A DNA stretch of 64,000 nt, taken from Selaginella moellendorffii. Taxonomy: Eukaryota > Plantae > Lycopodiophyta. Positions 23,744 to 36,768 of the stretch are shown here, piece by piece. The stretch is from the NCBI RefSeq assembly GCF_000143415.4, contig NW_003314401.1:1-64000 (forward strand), given 5' to 3'. The translations under genes were made by a program, and so were the position numbers. The notes beneath the pieces are model-generated. The model was not told the origin of the DNA, did not search any database, and saw only the letters and a list, made by a program, of their open reading frames with translations. The number at the start of each line of letters is the position of its first letter. Within the stretch, counting starts at the first letter, position 1.

Positions 23744-25227
23744 TCAGTCATAAGTTTTTTCCTGGGAATCTTCCTTTTGAGGATGATCACCACAATTGAC
23801 AAACGAATCGAGACTGATTCGACCACTGGATAGCTTTGATCCGGGCTTCTTCCACGCGCCAATCTTCCTGCTCATCGCATGAACTCTGGCTTTCTCCTCA
23901 ACCATGCCCAAGCTTCCATAGATGTTGGCCATGAGAACGTAAGTAGCAGCCTGCTTCTCATCCAGCTTCACCAGTGCCTCAAACGCCAGCCTTCCAAATT
24001 CCAAGCTCTTCCACTTGTGACACGAGCTCAGCACGATGGTCCATGTCACCACATTCGCTGCGAAAGGCATCGAGTCCGCCATCTCCACCGCCTCCTGGAG
24101 TTTGTTTGCCCGGCCTAGCATGTCCACCACGACGTGGTAGTGCTCCATACTCACGCTTGCAGCCTTCCGGGAGCACATCTCCTGGAAGAGCTTCTTCCCT
24201 CTTTCAACCAGCCCGGCATGGCAGCACGCGTTCAAGACCGCCAGTGTGGTGATACCATCCGGTTGGAAGCCTTCTGCCACCATCCTTGCAAAGAGCTCGA
24301 GGACGGCGTCGGTTTCACCGTGGCGGCTGTAGCCTGTGATGCCATGACACCACATCGTGGCGCTTCATCCTGTCAAACACCCGGCGAGCCTGGAGGACGC
24401 TGCCGCACTTGGAGTACATATCCACCAGCGTGCTGCTCACACAGATGTCCGGCTCAAACCCGGCCTTGAAAGCTTCTCGATGAACAGCCATGCCTTTCTC
24501 CAGAGCTTTCACCTTGAGGACTTTGCCGTCCTCTCGCAGAGCCAAGTTCGTGCACGCGTGAAGAACTGCCACAAAAGTCTGAGCATTCGGTGCACACCCC
24601 GAGGCTTTCATTCTCTCAAACATCCCAAGGGTCAGCTCGCTCTCGCCATTCTGCGCGTAGCCAAACAGGAGAGCGGTCCACGAGACCACGTCCTGAGCCA
24701 CCATCTTCTCAAACACGATGCGGGAGTCCTCCATGCTTCCGCACTTCGCGTATGTATCCACCAGGACACTTCCCACGAACATCTCCGTTGCAACTCCACT
24801 CTTGGCAGCTTCACGATGCACAGCCATGCCTTTCTCCAAGCACTGGATCTTTACACCTGAGTCGTTTGCCACCTCTCTGTCCGTGAGCCCCGTGCAAGCT
24901 TTGAGCGCAGCAACAAAAGCCTGCGAATCTGTCCTGCGTCCTTCTTCTTCGCCAAGCATCCGAGCGAAGAGCCGGAGGCCAACCTCATTCTCCCCGTTCG
25001 TAGCATAGCCCAGGATCAATGCCGTCCAGGCCACCAAGTTGTGGCTCGGCATTCGATCGAAAACTCTGCGAGCATCCCTCATGCTCCCACACCTGGCATT
25101 AATGTCCACCAGCGAGCTCGCCACAAATTTATCCAGCTCGCATCCAAATCCCTCGGCTTGCAAGTGGACAGCCATGACTCTTTCCAGAGTCCTTGTCTTC
25201 ACCACCTTTCCTCCGAATCTCCTGCCT
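23744..25227 (-). pseudogene. Truncated, frameshifted PLS-E class PPR gene (copy A)
   Basis: Paralog of 40282-42684. It lacks the 5' end (breaks at 25227) and has a 323-bp deletion (copy-B 40880-41202) at 24341/24342 that shifts the frame. Confidence 0.9.
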
Positions 25228-25285
25228 CGTTGGGAAAGATCCCCATGAGCCTGCCTTTGGAATGGATGTAAGCCACCATGTATCC
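25227..25285 (-). pseudogene. 59-bp fragment of the complex I 21-kDa subunit gene exon 2
   Basis: 58/59 identity to 47324-47382 (GYMVAYI.SKGRLMGIFPN). Confidence 0.9.
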
Positions 25286-26100
25286 TGCTTAGAAGGCTAA
25301 ACACCCCTAAGATCTATGGCTAGTGAGTAGGAGAATGTTGGTACAGATGATAGCATAGCAGCCATGTTTGTCACTCACTTCGTCGACCGGCCACCAATAA
25401 ACCCTAAACCCTAACAAAACTGCACTCTTCCATGCCGTCTTTTTTATAGAGGTTTGAAATGCCCTCTTGAGACCAAACCTTGTTGATTCTATCCTTATCT
25501 TCCAAGAGCTTATATTTGATATGATCCATCGCTATACTCCTCAGGTGCATGGAACTCCAATTTGAGCGCAACATGTCTTGGGACAGCTAGGAGGACACCT
25601 CATGATCCTCATGGACGAGTATTTCTTATTCCTCTTTGAGCTTCTCTTAGCTCGAAAGGACGTGAATTTCCCTTGAGAGTGCTGTTGCATCTAAATTATT
25701 TATGTTCTCTATAAGATTTAGTGAAAAACTTACTTCTTATCAATAAAGAATGAACATTATTTTTACTTATGATTTTGTGTATAATATTTAACCATGTTTT
25801 CAATTTGACTCTTCCTAATATATATCTATAATTATTATTTTTATTATGTTTTGCTACTAGTTTAACAAAATTTAAATATTTATATTGCTTTTTCTTTAGT
25901 ACTTCTTCATTTAAAAGTGCTATTGGCAGTATCATATATTTCCATTTTCAGAATATTATTTTTAAATATGCTTATAATCAGACCATAAAGACTTCTAAAC
26001 ACCAACCCACATGTCAAACTAATTTTAGATATTGAAACTTCAATTTGATTTTAAAGCACTTAAGAGGATTGTGCATATACAAAAGATCATGATTGCCATC

Positions 26101-26118
26101 TGTGTGTGTGTGTGTGTG
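26101..26118. repeat. (TG)9 microsatellite
   Basis: Read directly. Confidence 0.95.
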
Positions 26119-27139
26119 CATGCGCACACATGTGCATTTAATCCTTCTTTTCTTTCTTATTCAATGTCTTAATTTTTTCTTTGTTTCACACATTTCTAGG
26201 GCTATAGGGAGCCTTTATTCAAGAATAGCAGAGGGTTGCATACCTGCTGAAATAAAAATCCTGATATGAAGCAAGTTTGCAGAAGAACAATATACTAAAG
26301 TTTCCATTTCTCTTCATTTTATTGTTTTCTCACTCCAAATGGATGCACTCATTGCTGGTTCTACCATTCTTTGGGTACATTTTAGGGATTTCATCCACAA
26401 TTACAATGGATGGAACACTCTAGTATTTCATACTACTTTTTACCAAGACTAGCTCAAAAGGCTAGCTACTATTAGGAATGAGTAAACTCTATGGGACAAA
26501 TGAAATTTCTGTCTATTGTTAATCTTCAAGTTGTTTCTTCTCTTAAGCATTATAACTAGGGTTAGGCTGGATAGAAGAATCTAATGTCCATTCTCTGCTG
26601 CAAGGCAAAGTCTATAAGCCTCAGATAAAGAAGTTTACCTAAATTTCTCCCATTGGGATATGAGCATGAGTGCTTGAATTTCAAATCCAAGCTCCTTAGT
26701 AAGAAGGATTTAAAATAAGTTTTCCAGAAATATGATGATAATAATTCAACTTAGTTTTATTCTAGTGTTACTCTTGCAAAAGAATTTATATTTAGCTTTT
26801 TGGATAGATAGTTGAGATGGCAGAAGTGTTTTCTCGAGCTCATTTTATCCTAATTGAAAACTACATACCAGAGTCATAAACAGGCTTCAGAGGCAAGAAG
26901 TAGATATGTTTAAAGTTCTTTTATTTCCTGATTAATAATTGATTTTGCAGTATAGATCAAAATTATTTCAATGTTATTGTTCCCCAAGACAATAAAAGCA
27001 AAGGAAAAAGTGGCTTTGCCTTTGAACTTTTCATCAACTCTCTTCCAACATAAATCAGCCAATATTGCCATAGATATTGAATGCAAAGTTTAGTAAGTCA
27101 TTTTTTTTAAGAAGAAAATACTTTTAATATTCTTTATAG

Positions 27140-27312
27140 GCAACCTCTTTCACAAAAGTCAAAAACTTTAGCAAACATGGTTATGCAACACTTTTGCCAT
27201 GAAGGTGGTTATATCCTTGATTTCTTTAGTGGCATAGAGGCTTTTTTATTTGTTGCTTGACACAATAGTCATAATGCTTTTGGATTAGATTGTGATCTTG
27301 GCATTATGCAAT
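27140..27312 (+). pseudogene. Decayed amino-methyltransferase-like exon, copy B
   Basis: QPLSQKSKTLANMVMQHFCHEGGYILDFFSGIEAFLFVA*HNSHNAFGLDCD. Confidence 0.55.
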
Positions 27313-30081
27313 AATTTAGTGTATTATTATGAAGAATATGCCACCCCACATGAAGGTTGTAACTAAGTTCATGGAGAGGCATCCAAAACATTATAACATG
27401 CACATTAAGTAAAAGTTAGCTTTCATATCAAAACTCATTGATAATCATGCATGAGAGAAGAAGAGAGAAAAACAAAAAAGGTGAGAGAGAAGAAGAAAGC
27501 AAATTAGTTCTTCTATATGTATGGATTGTATATAGATTTGAGATATAAATTATTGTAGTTATAATAATATATCTGATATTAAATAATATACAATATAAAG
27601 TATAGTTGTAGTATAATTATAATGAGGAAATATTTTATAATATTTTATGTCATTATATTATTATTATAATGACAGCCTGATATCTGGTTCGCTACGTTTT
27701 GCCTTTTGAAGGTTGATTGCATTGGGAGTTTCATTACCGGCTGGGGTCCTGGAGACATTACAAGGATTAGAGAACGAGTCAGACTTTGTAAAGTATATAA
27801 AACGTACTTGTAAGCTTTATGACCTATGATTTTTGACACTCATAAACTTCCATATGAATTCTTCCAGTTGTATCGGGAGTCCAATCTTGGGGAGTTTACA
27901 GCTAGAGGCTCACTTTTCTCAGTTTTTTTTCCCTTGCCGGTGACTGTTGGCAACTCAAGACACTGCCAAGCAATTGGCACTAAGAATTCTCGGTTGGTTT
28001 TGGAGCTCCAGTAGCTCATCTGGAATAGTCGAGTACCACAAAAGCGAGAAGAAACTGGCAAGTACCTTCTTTGGGGTCGTGAAGCTGATACTCCGCCGCT
28101 AGACTTCATGCAAGCTTCAATCCTTGCACAGTTTGCTCACTATCAATGTCCGAGTTGCGTACGTACTCTAATGCTTAGTTAGGCACTTTACCGGTACCAC
28201 ACCCTCCTTTGGGACTGGAGCCGGAGCTGGAGCTGGAACCTCGATTGAGAAAGGGATCATGAACTCCAAGCCAGTGTATGGCTGCAAGGCCCTGGGAGGT
28301 AGTTCTCCAAAATGCAGCACAATGTTCACGGTCAGTTCAGCAGGTGGCTTTGGTTCGTTGGCCTGGAAAGAAACAAAGGGCTATGCAACAGAGGAGCTCC
28401 ATATCTTCCCAAAACCATTTTTTATAAGTTTCTATTTCCATCAAAACTTGAAGTCCACTTTCTTTGTGCGAGAATCTTTCTCGGCCTTGCGCTTTCGTTT
28501 CTTCGGAAACGTATGTAAAAGCTTAGGCAATTCGCAAAAAAAACATGTAAGTTTCTTTCATTTACCGCAGCAACCATGTTGCTTTTCTGCTGCTACTCTT
28601 CAAACCTGTGAAGTACTCAAAAGGAAAGCGAATGAAGCAGGAAAACGTCCACAAACCTTGCATGTTTCAGGCAGTAGAGTATTTGGAATTCCCGTCGAAG
28701 CAAATGAAATGGCAACTTTTCCGCTTTCCCTGCAGCGACATGCATAATTTCAGAGCCGAGAAAAAACTACCTATGAGTTCCGAGAAATGCAGATCATCTC
28801 ATCCAATGCAACACAAAAATTGTAGCTTCTAAAAATGGAAGTCCCTGCCTCTTCCTCTAGACGATTGAATTTGTCAAAAATCCGCTGGAACTCCACAAAT
28901 CCATGGCCCGAAGGGAGATATGTCTAGAACATATTCAATCTCCACGCTTTTGACATTCTGCTGGAGCAAAGCAAGCAATTCATAACGCAAAACCGAGACT
29001 ACCTTGCTCTAGCCGCCCAGCAGGGGTCTTCCTTCTTCTGCATCGTTCTGCCACTTCTCAGCCAACTCCCGATCAAACAAACCATAATATTAATAATAGT
29101 AATTTCTGTTAAAGAAATAGAAAATTAATTTAAGCTACAGTATTGTTTATATACATTCTAATATGGGTTATTGAGGAGCTCAAAAACCTCTCAGCAACCT
29201 GGTCTTCGTACTCTGCTGGGATTGGATAACCAGCTGCCTGCAACGCCTCTCAAGGATTTTCTCTTAATTTTGGGAATGGTGGGAGATTAGCAGGTTAATC
29301 CACTTCAATGGCTGAACTAAGACAACACTCAATCGGTGTTTGATGTTTGATATCATTTGTGGCGTCACTCTTTGCTGTTGGTTTTAGATCTACAATGAGG
29401 AAAGAAGGTTTGCACGTCATGAATACCTGCCAGAAGACGAAGGTTATCCTCACTGTGTCCTTGCCCGCCATTCACCAGAAGATGCATATGGTAGTATTCA
29501 CCACTTAAACGTTTTTTTAGAGACTCAGAAAACTTGCAGGATCTTGTGCAATTCATGGACAGAGAGAGGACCCATAGAGGACACACGCAAAAAGCTACCA
29601 CCAGATGTGGTGCAACAGCAGCAGGATCAAGGTGTTAAGTTGCCAACAATTTCTCGGCAGGCACAAGACCAGGAGCTCTTGGGAGGAGCCTTCTTAGCTT
29701 GTCAAGGTTCACGGCAGCAAGTATCCAGGACTGCCAGACGAAGAGCCAGAGACTTGCCAGATGTCCTTTCGTTCTTGTCATGTTGGTCGTGTTGTTTGAG
29801 CGGGTCAAGCTCACCATTCCCGGACGATCCGAGCGTCACTGCCCACATAGCATGGGATTGATCGCTAGGTTTTTTCCTTCGCTTGGTAATCATCTCCGAA
29901 TCGAAGCATGGTTTTTCTCAATTGCAAACCTGGTGAGGACGACAATCCTTTTTTCCCCGCTGGCGTGTTTGCGTCCGGGAGTTTGTAAACCGCCACTGCT
30001 TCTCCGCCAGCTCCTCGCCAAGTACATAAAAATTAATTCTTTATTGTAAAAACCAGGAATGCACATACCCCCTAGTGTGAT

Positions 30082-30936
30082 TTAGTCACTATCAAAACCA
30101 AATACTTCTGGCTCTCGCCATGTGGTCCCTTCGTACTCTGCTGGGATCGGATAACCAGATGCCTTCAACGCCTCCCTAGTCTCAGGCACCTGGAGTATCT
30201 GAAGCCTGTCATGGATGGCCCCGAACCAGGGGAAAGTGGTATACGTGCCTTGCGACCCAATTGCAAGGCTGGTGCCACTCAGCCCAAACTCGTTGCAGGA
30301 GAACACGATAACAGCATCTCCATGCGAGGCAGGCCACGCCTTCACACGATCATTGTCCGGGTAGCCGAGCCTCGCCACAACCTCATCCCTCATATTGCAG
30401 TGGAGTAGAACCTGGAGGGTGTTGACCTCCAGCCGCGTGGACCGATACAACTTGGGCTCCCAATCTCCAAACCCCACGCAGTAAGATGGGAAAGCCTTGA
30501 CCGCCATGTCTGCCACCATCGTCCCTGGGCTCTCGGTGCACGCGGGTGAAAGGATGATCCCCTCCACCTCCTTCCTTCCTTCCTTGAGGAAAGGAAACAC
30601 AAGCCTGATCTTGTCTCCAGCCTTGTAAATCTTGGTGGAGGGAACTTCTTCTTCTTCTGCGACTGTGAGGCAACACAAGCCCTCCCCAATAAGGACGGCC
30701 TTGTTGCCCTGGTCATCCCTTCCCAGAATCTCTGCAGCTTCCTCAACAGCAAAATCCCAATCGGACAAACCCAACCAAGCTTTTGCTATTCTCGCAAAAG
30801 GCTTCTTCACCCACGAAGAAGAATGCTTCAAACCAAGGTGTGACCTCACCTTGTCGACGTTCACAATCCATTCCCCAAAACGCGGCGGGAAGGGCTTCCA
30901 TCCGGTGCCAGGCTCCGCCAAATCCTTGCGCCCCAT
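30082..30936 (-). CDS. Intronless 284-aa orphan protein, copy B
   Basis: Paralog of 13962-14834 with an in-frame 18-bp deletion (VDVNAP) and a few substitutions. Confidence 0.6.
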   Translation of the reverse strand: MGRKDLAEPGTGWKPFPPRFGEWIVNVDKVRSHLGLKHSSSWVKKPFARIAKAWLGLSDWDFAVEEAAEILGRDDQGNKAVLIGEGLCCLTVAEEEEVPSTKIYKAGDKIRLVFPFLKEGRKEVEGIILSPACTESPGTMVADMAVKAFPSYCVGFGDWEPKLYRSTRLEVNTLQVLLHCNMRDEVVARLGYPDNDRVKAWPASHGDAVIVFSCNEFGLSGTSLAIGSQGTYTTFPWFGAIHDRLQILQVPETREALKASGYPIPAEYEGTTWREPEVFGFDSD

Positions 30937-31517
30937 TCTAAAATGACAACCCTAAACTTGCAAATTTATAGAGATTTGAGGTTGCTACTGGGTCATGCAT
31001 ACTATTCTCCCCATGACAGGCTTCAGATACTCCAGGTGCCCAGCAGAGTACGAATGATCCTTTATGCTTTATGTCTTAAGAGACTTACTGGAGCGGTATG
31101 TCTCGAATTGTACTTGTTTCATTCTTTTTTCTGTTTTTTATTCTTTTGGAATAGGTGATCAAGTGATTGTACACTTGATTCTTAGACAAATTTTGTGCAC
31201 CTCATCTGAGTGGCTTTGCTCAGTGAATGCTGAAGATGCTGTGGAAACTGAATGTGTCTGTGCATTTTCCTGAGGACAACCAGTGGATGGAAGAGCCCCA
31301 TTTGAAATTTTTGAGACTAGACAATTTGACAAAGTTACTTTTGATTTCACTATATATATGTATGCATAAAGAGGTGGGCTTTCTATCTATCCTCCCATTA
31401 TCTTTTAGTCTTCTTACTCCCTGCCCCACTCTGACTGCTCGCTTGAGGTAAGTATGCTATGATCTTGTCCTAAAGCAAAATTAAGCATTTGGGCATCTAA
31501 GGGCCTTTGTGGTTCTC

Positions 31518-33200
31518 TAGTATCTTAATAACTATTGACTAACAACCTTTACTGAGCTAAAGGGAATTAACACCTCCATTTCCACACTAAATCTACAAAT
31601 CTAGTATCTTGGTAATTATTGATTAACAACCTCTACTGAGCCAAGGAGAACCAGCACCTTTAATTCAATCCAATCTACTAATCCTTCCATTGTGTAGACA
31701 AATTATTCCATATGAGGCAACACCCGTGTGTGGTAGTCATATGTACCGTAGTCGCACAATGAATACCTTTGTCCATGGATAATTCACATAAGAGGGTAAT
31801 TATTGACTAACAACCTCTACTAAGCCAACACCTCCATTTCTGCACTAAATCTACCAATCCGGTATCTTGGTAACTTTTGATTAACAACCCCTATTGAGCC
31901 AAGGGGAACCAGCACCTTTAATTCAATCCAATCTACCAATCCTTCCATTATGTAGACAAGCTATTCCATGTGGGTAACTATTAGCTAACAACCTCTACTG
32001 AGCCAGCACCTCCATTTCTACATTAAATCTACCAATCCGGTATCTTGGTAACTTTTGACTAACAACCCCTATTGAGCCAAGGGGAACCAGCACCTCCAAT
32101 CCAATCCAATAGGCAACACCCATGTGTGGTAGTCACATGTACCGTAGTCCCACGGTAGATACCTTCGTCCGTGGATACTTTACACAAGAGAGTAACTATT
32201 GACTCTATTTCTGCACTAAATCTACCAATTCGGTATCTTGGTAACTTTTGACTAACAACCCCTATTGAGCCAAGGGGAACCAACACCTCCAATTCAATCC
32301 AATCTACCAATTTTTCTATTGTGTAGACAAGCTATTGCATGTGAGGTAACACCCGTGTGTGGTAGTCACACAGTGGATACCTTCGTCCGTGGATACTTCA
32401 CAACCCCTATTGAGCCAAGGGGAACCAGCACCTCTAATCCAATCCAATCTACCAATCTTTCCACCAATCCGGTATCTTGGTAACTTTTGACTAACAACTC
32501 CTATTGAGCCAAGGGGAATCAACACCTCCAATTCAATCCAATCTACCAATCTTTCCAATCTACCAATCTTTCCATTGTGTAGACAAGCTATTCCATGTGA
32601 GGTAACACCCGTGTGTGGTAGTCACACAGTGGATACTTTCGTCCATAGATACTTCACAACCTCTATTGAGCCAAGGGGAACCAGCACCTTCAATCCAATC
32701 CAATCTACCAATCTTTCCATTGTGTAGACAAACTATTCCATGTGAGGAAACACCCGTGTGTGGTAGTCACAGAGTGGATACTTTCGTCCTCTATTGAGCC
32801 AAGGGGAACCAGCACCTTCAATCCAATCCAATCTACCAATCTTTCCATTGTGTAGACAAACTATTCCATGTGAGGAAACACCCGTGTGTGGTAGTCACAG
32901 AGTGGATACTTTCGTCCATGGATACTTCACAACCCCTATTGAGCCAAGGGGAACCACACCTCCAATCCAATCCAATCTACCAATCTTTCGATTGTGTAGA
33001 CAAACTATTCCATGTGAGGAAACATCCGTATGTGGTAGTCACACGGTGGATACCTTCGTCTGTAGATACTTCAGAGAAGAGGAAAGATGTACGCATGGAT
33101 GCTCAATACATATGATTTCGGCAATGATGAATACCTTTGTCCGTGGATACTTCACACAAGAAGAAAGACATACGCATGGATGCTCAATACATATGATTTC
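31518..33200. repeat. Modular complex tandem repeat island, copy B (expanded)
   Basis: About ten tattgagccaaggggaacc cores at ~95-260 bp spacing, versus about four in copy A. Confidence 0.9.
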
Positions 33201-33298
33201 AGGTAGGAATACCTTGCTCAAGGGTATATTATACTTTTAAATAGCCACTAATCAATATAAATAGCCACTAATAAATGGGAATTGAACCTATGCCATTT

Positions 33299-33310
33299 GC
33301 TTTGATACCA
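33299..33310 (-). promoter_or_regulatory. tRNA-iMet-type PBS of a probable non-autonomous LTR element
   Basis: Minus strand TGGTATCAAAGC, 2 nt after ...GCATTACA (LTR-like end at 33313). A degenerate copy is at ~16325-16336. Confidence 0.5.
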
Positions 33311-35563
33311 CATGTAATGCACCTTATCTCTCTCCCCTTAAGCCAACTGAAAAAGGGATGATTGCTTGATGAGAGAGCCCTTAGTGGCTATTTTATCCCT
33401 ATTTATCCCTCAAGGTTCCAAGGATCCACGGTGACAGTATATCCAAATTTCATCCCATAATTACATGCACTACAAATACCCTTCTTGATACTGCTGGGAA
33501 AGAAAAAGGCTAAAAGAGATAATTCACCAGTTAGATTAACCAATAATATAGTATGTCGCTATTTGCTGTAGCAATTTCCCATTGCCTATGTTTTTGGAAA
33601 CCACTCGAATTTGTAATCCCCACTCAACCTTAGTAGAATAAAGTCTAAGCTAAAAAAGAAAGATATGTTTGTCTAAGAAGACTCAGAAAAACTTTTACTT
33701 GCATCAGATATATATAGGCAACCACTACCTGGAAGTTTTCGGCTGGGATAAGCCTACCATCTCATGACTCGAAATCCAAACCTTCTCTGCTGATTTATAC
33801 TTTCTCATGTTTCGAAAACATAAATACAATAAAAGAATAATGTTTGGAAGGCTAAAAACCTGGCCAACATCCCAAGATTTATGGCTCATGTGCTTGTAAG
33901 TGAGTAGGAGAATGTTGGTACAAACAACAGCACAGCGGCCACGCTTGTCACTCACTTCATCGACCATGAATTCTAGTGATTGCCAATAAACCTTAAACCG
34001 TAACAAAATCGAGTGCGAGGTAATGAGGTCTTTCTCTAGGATGCATCCTTGATGACTCTGTTCTTCCATGCTGTTTTTTTTAGAGGTTTAAGGATTTTTT
34101 TAGAGGTTTTCTCTTATTTTCACTTGTTTTTTCTCCATTTTATCTCTTTTTGTTTTAGTATCTAGTTCTTTTGTCAACTTCTCCCATATGGTTTCCTTTT
34201 AACTCTAGAACTCAACACTTTCTTTTTTCTTCATCTTCTCTTTTCTTCGTTTTTCTTTAGTCTTTTTTCCTCACAACAGTTGTCAACACAGGGCATCATA
34301 TTGGAGTCTACACCAATACTTAGGCCTTGTGTTCTCTACAACAGAGTTAACACATTCTTTAGATGGTTAGAGTTGAGCAAGATTCTCTAAAATATAAAAA
34401 TATCTCTTTATGAACTCTCTGCCCTAAAAAATGGGGAATATACCCCTGTGCCCATACCCTTAGAATATTCAAACAATAGAGAGTTGGATTTTAGAGTATG
34501 ATAGAGTGTTTTTCCCGCTGTTGAGAGGCTTCCTTCTCAACATTAACATAACAAACTAGTATGTCATGGATACCCTTGGCTATCTGTAATGGGATTAAAC
34601 ATGTGTTACACTCGCTAAATTCAAAGTCTATATAGAATTATAAATTTGTATAGTCTAGTAAGCTTATTGGTTATATGGCCATTCCTCCAAAGACTAATGA
34701 TGCTTGAATATGTCTAGGATGACTTGGCAATTTAGCCTACTTAAACCATGATCTATTTCATTTAGCCTTGATGGTGGCTGCTCCTTTCAAGTGAGTAACC
34801 CAAGAACCTTCTTCTTTTTCAGCTTCCTCTCAACAATTAGACAAAAATCCCTCAAATCCACTATACTTTCCCATCACTTACAAATTGCCCTTAATCCTCT
34901 AAGACCATATTGGGACAGAATATACAGTAGACACACACATGTATAGGGATACAATACTTATATACTCCTTGCTTTCACAAGTCACGGTAGTGACTATGCT
35001 TCAACAGGGATTAACAATTTCTCATAAGGACAAATAGATTTTGGAGGGAGGAACTTATACAAGAATTCCATGATCAAGAAATAAAGCATCACAGCAAGGA
35101 TATCCCCAAGGCTAGTACATGCCCTACATATGGTCAGCTTTGGCTGGAAGTTGAGGGCAGTGGTGTTTGCACTCTTGATGTTTTTGTTGTGGTTGGCTGC
35201 AATAGGTATGCATCATTAGATTAGTTTCCCGATGACAACACTAACAATCCCTATGGGACATTGGGGAATGTTCATATATATTTAACCATTACAATCACTT
35301 CATCTCCCTTCCTGGGAATGTAGGTCAAATGGCTTTTGGCCTGCCATGGTTGTGGTCACCAAGATTGTCCTGACATCCATTCAAACAGGAAAAATCGTCG
35401 CAAACTGTGTCATCTCATCTACGAGCTGATGCTTTCTGTGTACCTGAACAAAGACAACATGCCGACCTATAAAAGTCTATGTGCTAGAATTCATCCAACG
35501 GTTCATGATATGTCAGAACTACTTAAACAGCAGCCACGCCATATTCTCGTTTAAACCCGGGGC

Positions 35564-36394
35564 ATGAAGCGCCCGCGACGGCCACTGGAGCTGGAGGATG
35601 GAATCTCAGATGCCGACGACGACGACGATGTTGGGCGCAAGGCAAGCACGAGGTAGCTGCATTTCCAGTGATTCTATTCTTCATTTCTAGCGATCATTCT
35701 CTTCCAGGGTGGATTCTAGCCTTGATCCGATCGATAGTGATACCACGTCCGAGGTAACGAGACATAGCCTGGCCCTTCTCTTTCTTCTCCTCTCATTGAT
35801 TGTTTTTCTAGGATGCATCCTTGACCAATCTTTCTGTGCAAGAGCTTCAAGAGTTTAGCAGCGACGGCGGTGATCTTCCGGCAGAAACCTCGTCAAAGTT
35901 TAAGTCAGTGGCTCTTCCATGCCGTCCTTGACGTTTCTTTGATTCGTAAAGGTTTGAAGCACTCTTGGCACAACTGGGAGGGCGCCACAATCACTTGAGC
36001 TCAGACATGAAACCAGCTGGTATGTCTTTCCCTGTTTTGTTCTCTTCGACATGATCATGGTTCCTTGCTTTAGATGGTTCTCTCACTTTACGAGTGCTCG
36101 AGAAATCGTCGCCTGAGGCACATCTCACATCCACAAAGTGCGAGGTTTTGGAGACCTTCGAAGCTGTCACCGCTATTTTCGACAGCCTTTCTCCCGATGT
36201 ACAGGTCGGATGTGTTGTATCCATCCATCCTCCATGGGAAGGAAAGATCTTCGCTGAGGACAGTCTCTCTAATTTTGTGCCGTTTTTATTTTCAACCCAG
36301 GCACGAAGTAGCGAGTGTTAAAGGACATGGAAGAGTACTTCTCGTTCCTCGTTTTGAGCTTCTCTTGGCCCAAAAGGACGTGGATTTCCCTTGA
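35564..36394 (+). pseudogene. Copy B of the 19026-19863 gene, splice donor mutated
   Basis: ccatg|gtaag in copy A is ccatgggaag here. Confidence 0.35.
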
Positions 36395-36768
36395 AAGTAC
36401 AGTCGAAACTTCTCCTGCTGATTTTTTATTTTTATTTTTATTTTATGTTTTGTTTCAGGCTAACGTGAACGCACGTCCTTTGACACAGTAACAAAAAAAG
36501 TCTTGGTAAAGACGACTTGACGAAAAAAGCAAGTTCGACGATCCTGCCACGCCAGTCAATGATACACACTGACCTTGAAACTCTCTACGAGCCCCGCGTG
36601 GATTGCGAGATCATTGGCCGTCGCCGTCAACTAGCCTGAACATCCAAAAGCTCTAAGACACATCGAATTTCCGAACTCTCTACGCATCCTTCGAAGAGTC
36701 AAAGCAGGCAGCTTCTTCCCGCTTATTTAAGCAGACCAAGCAATGTGCTCGACTCACAGACTACAACA

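Larger units (their letters stand above)
9534..25285. repeat. Tandem segmental duplication, copy A
   Basis: Collinear, mostly near-identical match to 25932-42133 (plus 47324-47382) at an offset of ~16.4 kb. Confidence 0.93.

Noticed and set aside
24315-25304. Functional complex I-PPR chimeric protein
   Set aside because: The complex I fragment is read out of its native frame, there is no ATG start, and the PPR part frameshifts at 24341.
31518-33200. CRISPR-like repeat/spacer array
   Set aside because: The intervening segments are themselves repeated modules of variable length, there are no cas genes, and the context is eukaryotic.
32794-33240. 148-aa Cys-rich repeat ORF
   Set aside because: It is a translation of the tandem repeat island, has a non-ATG start, and is not conserved in length in copy A.
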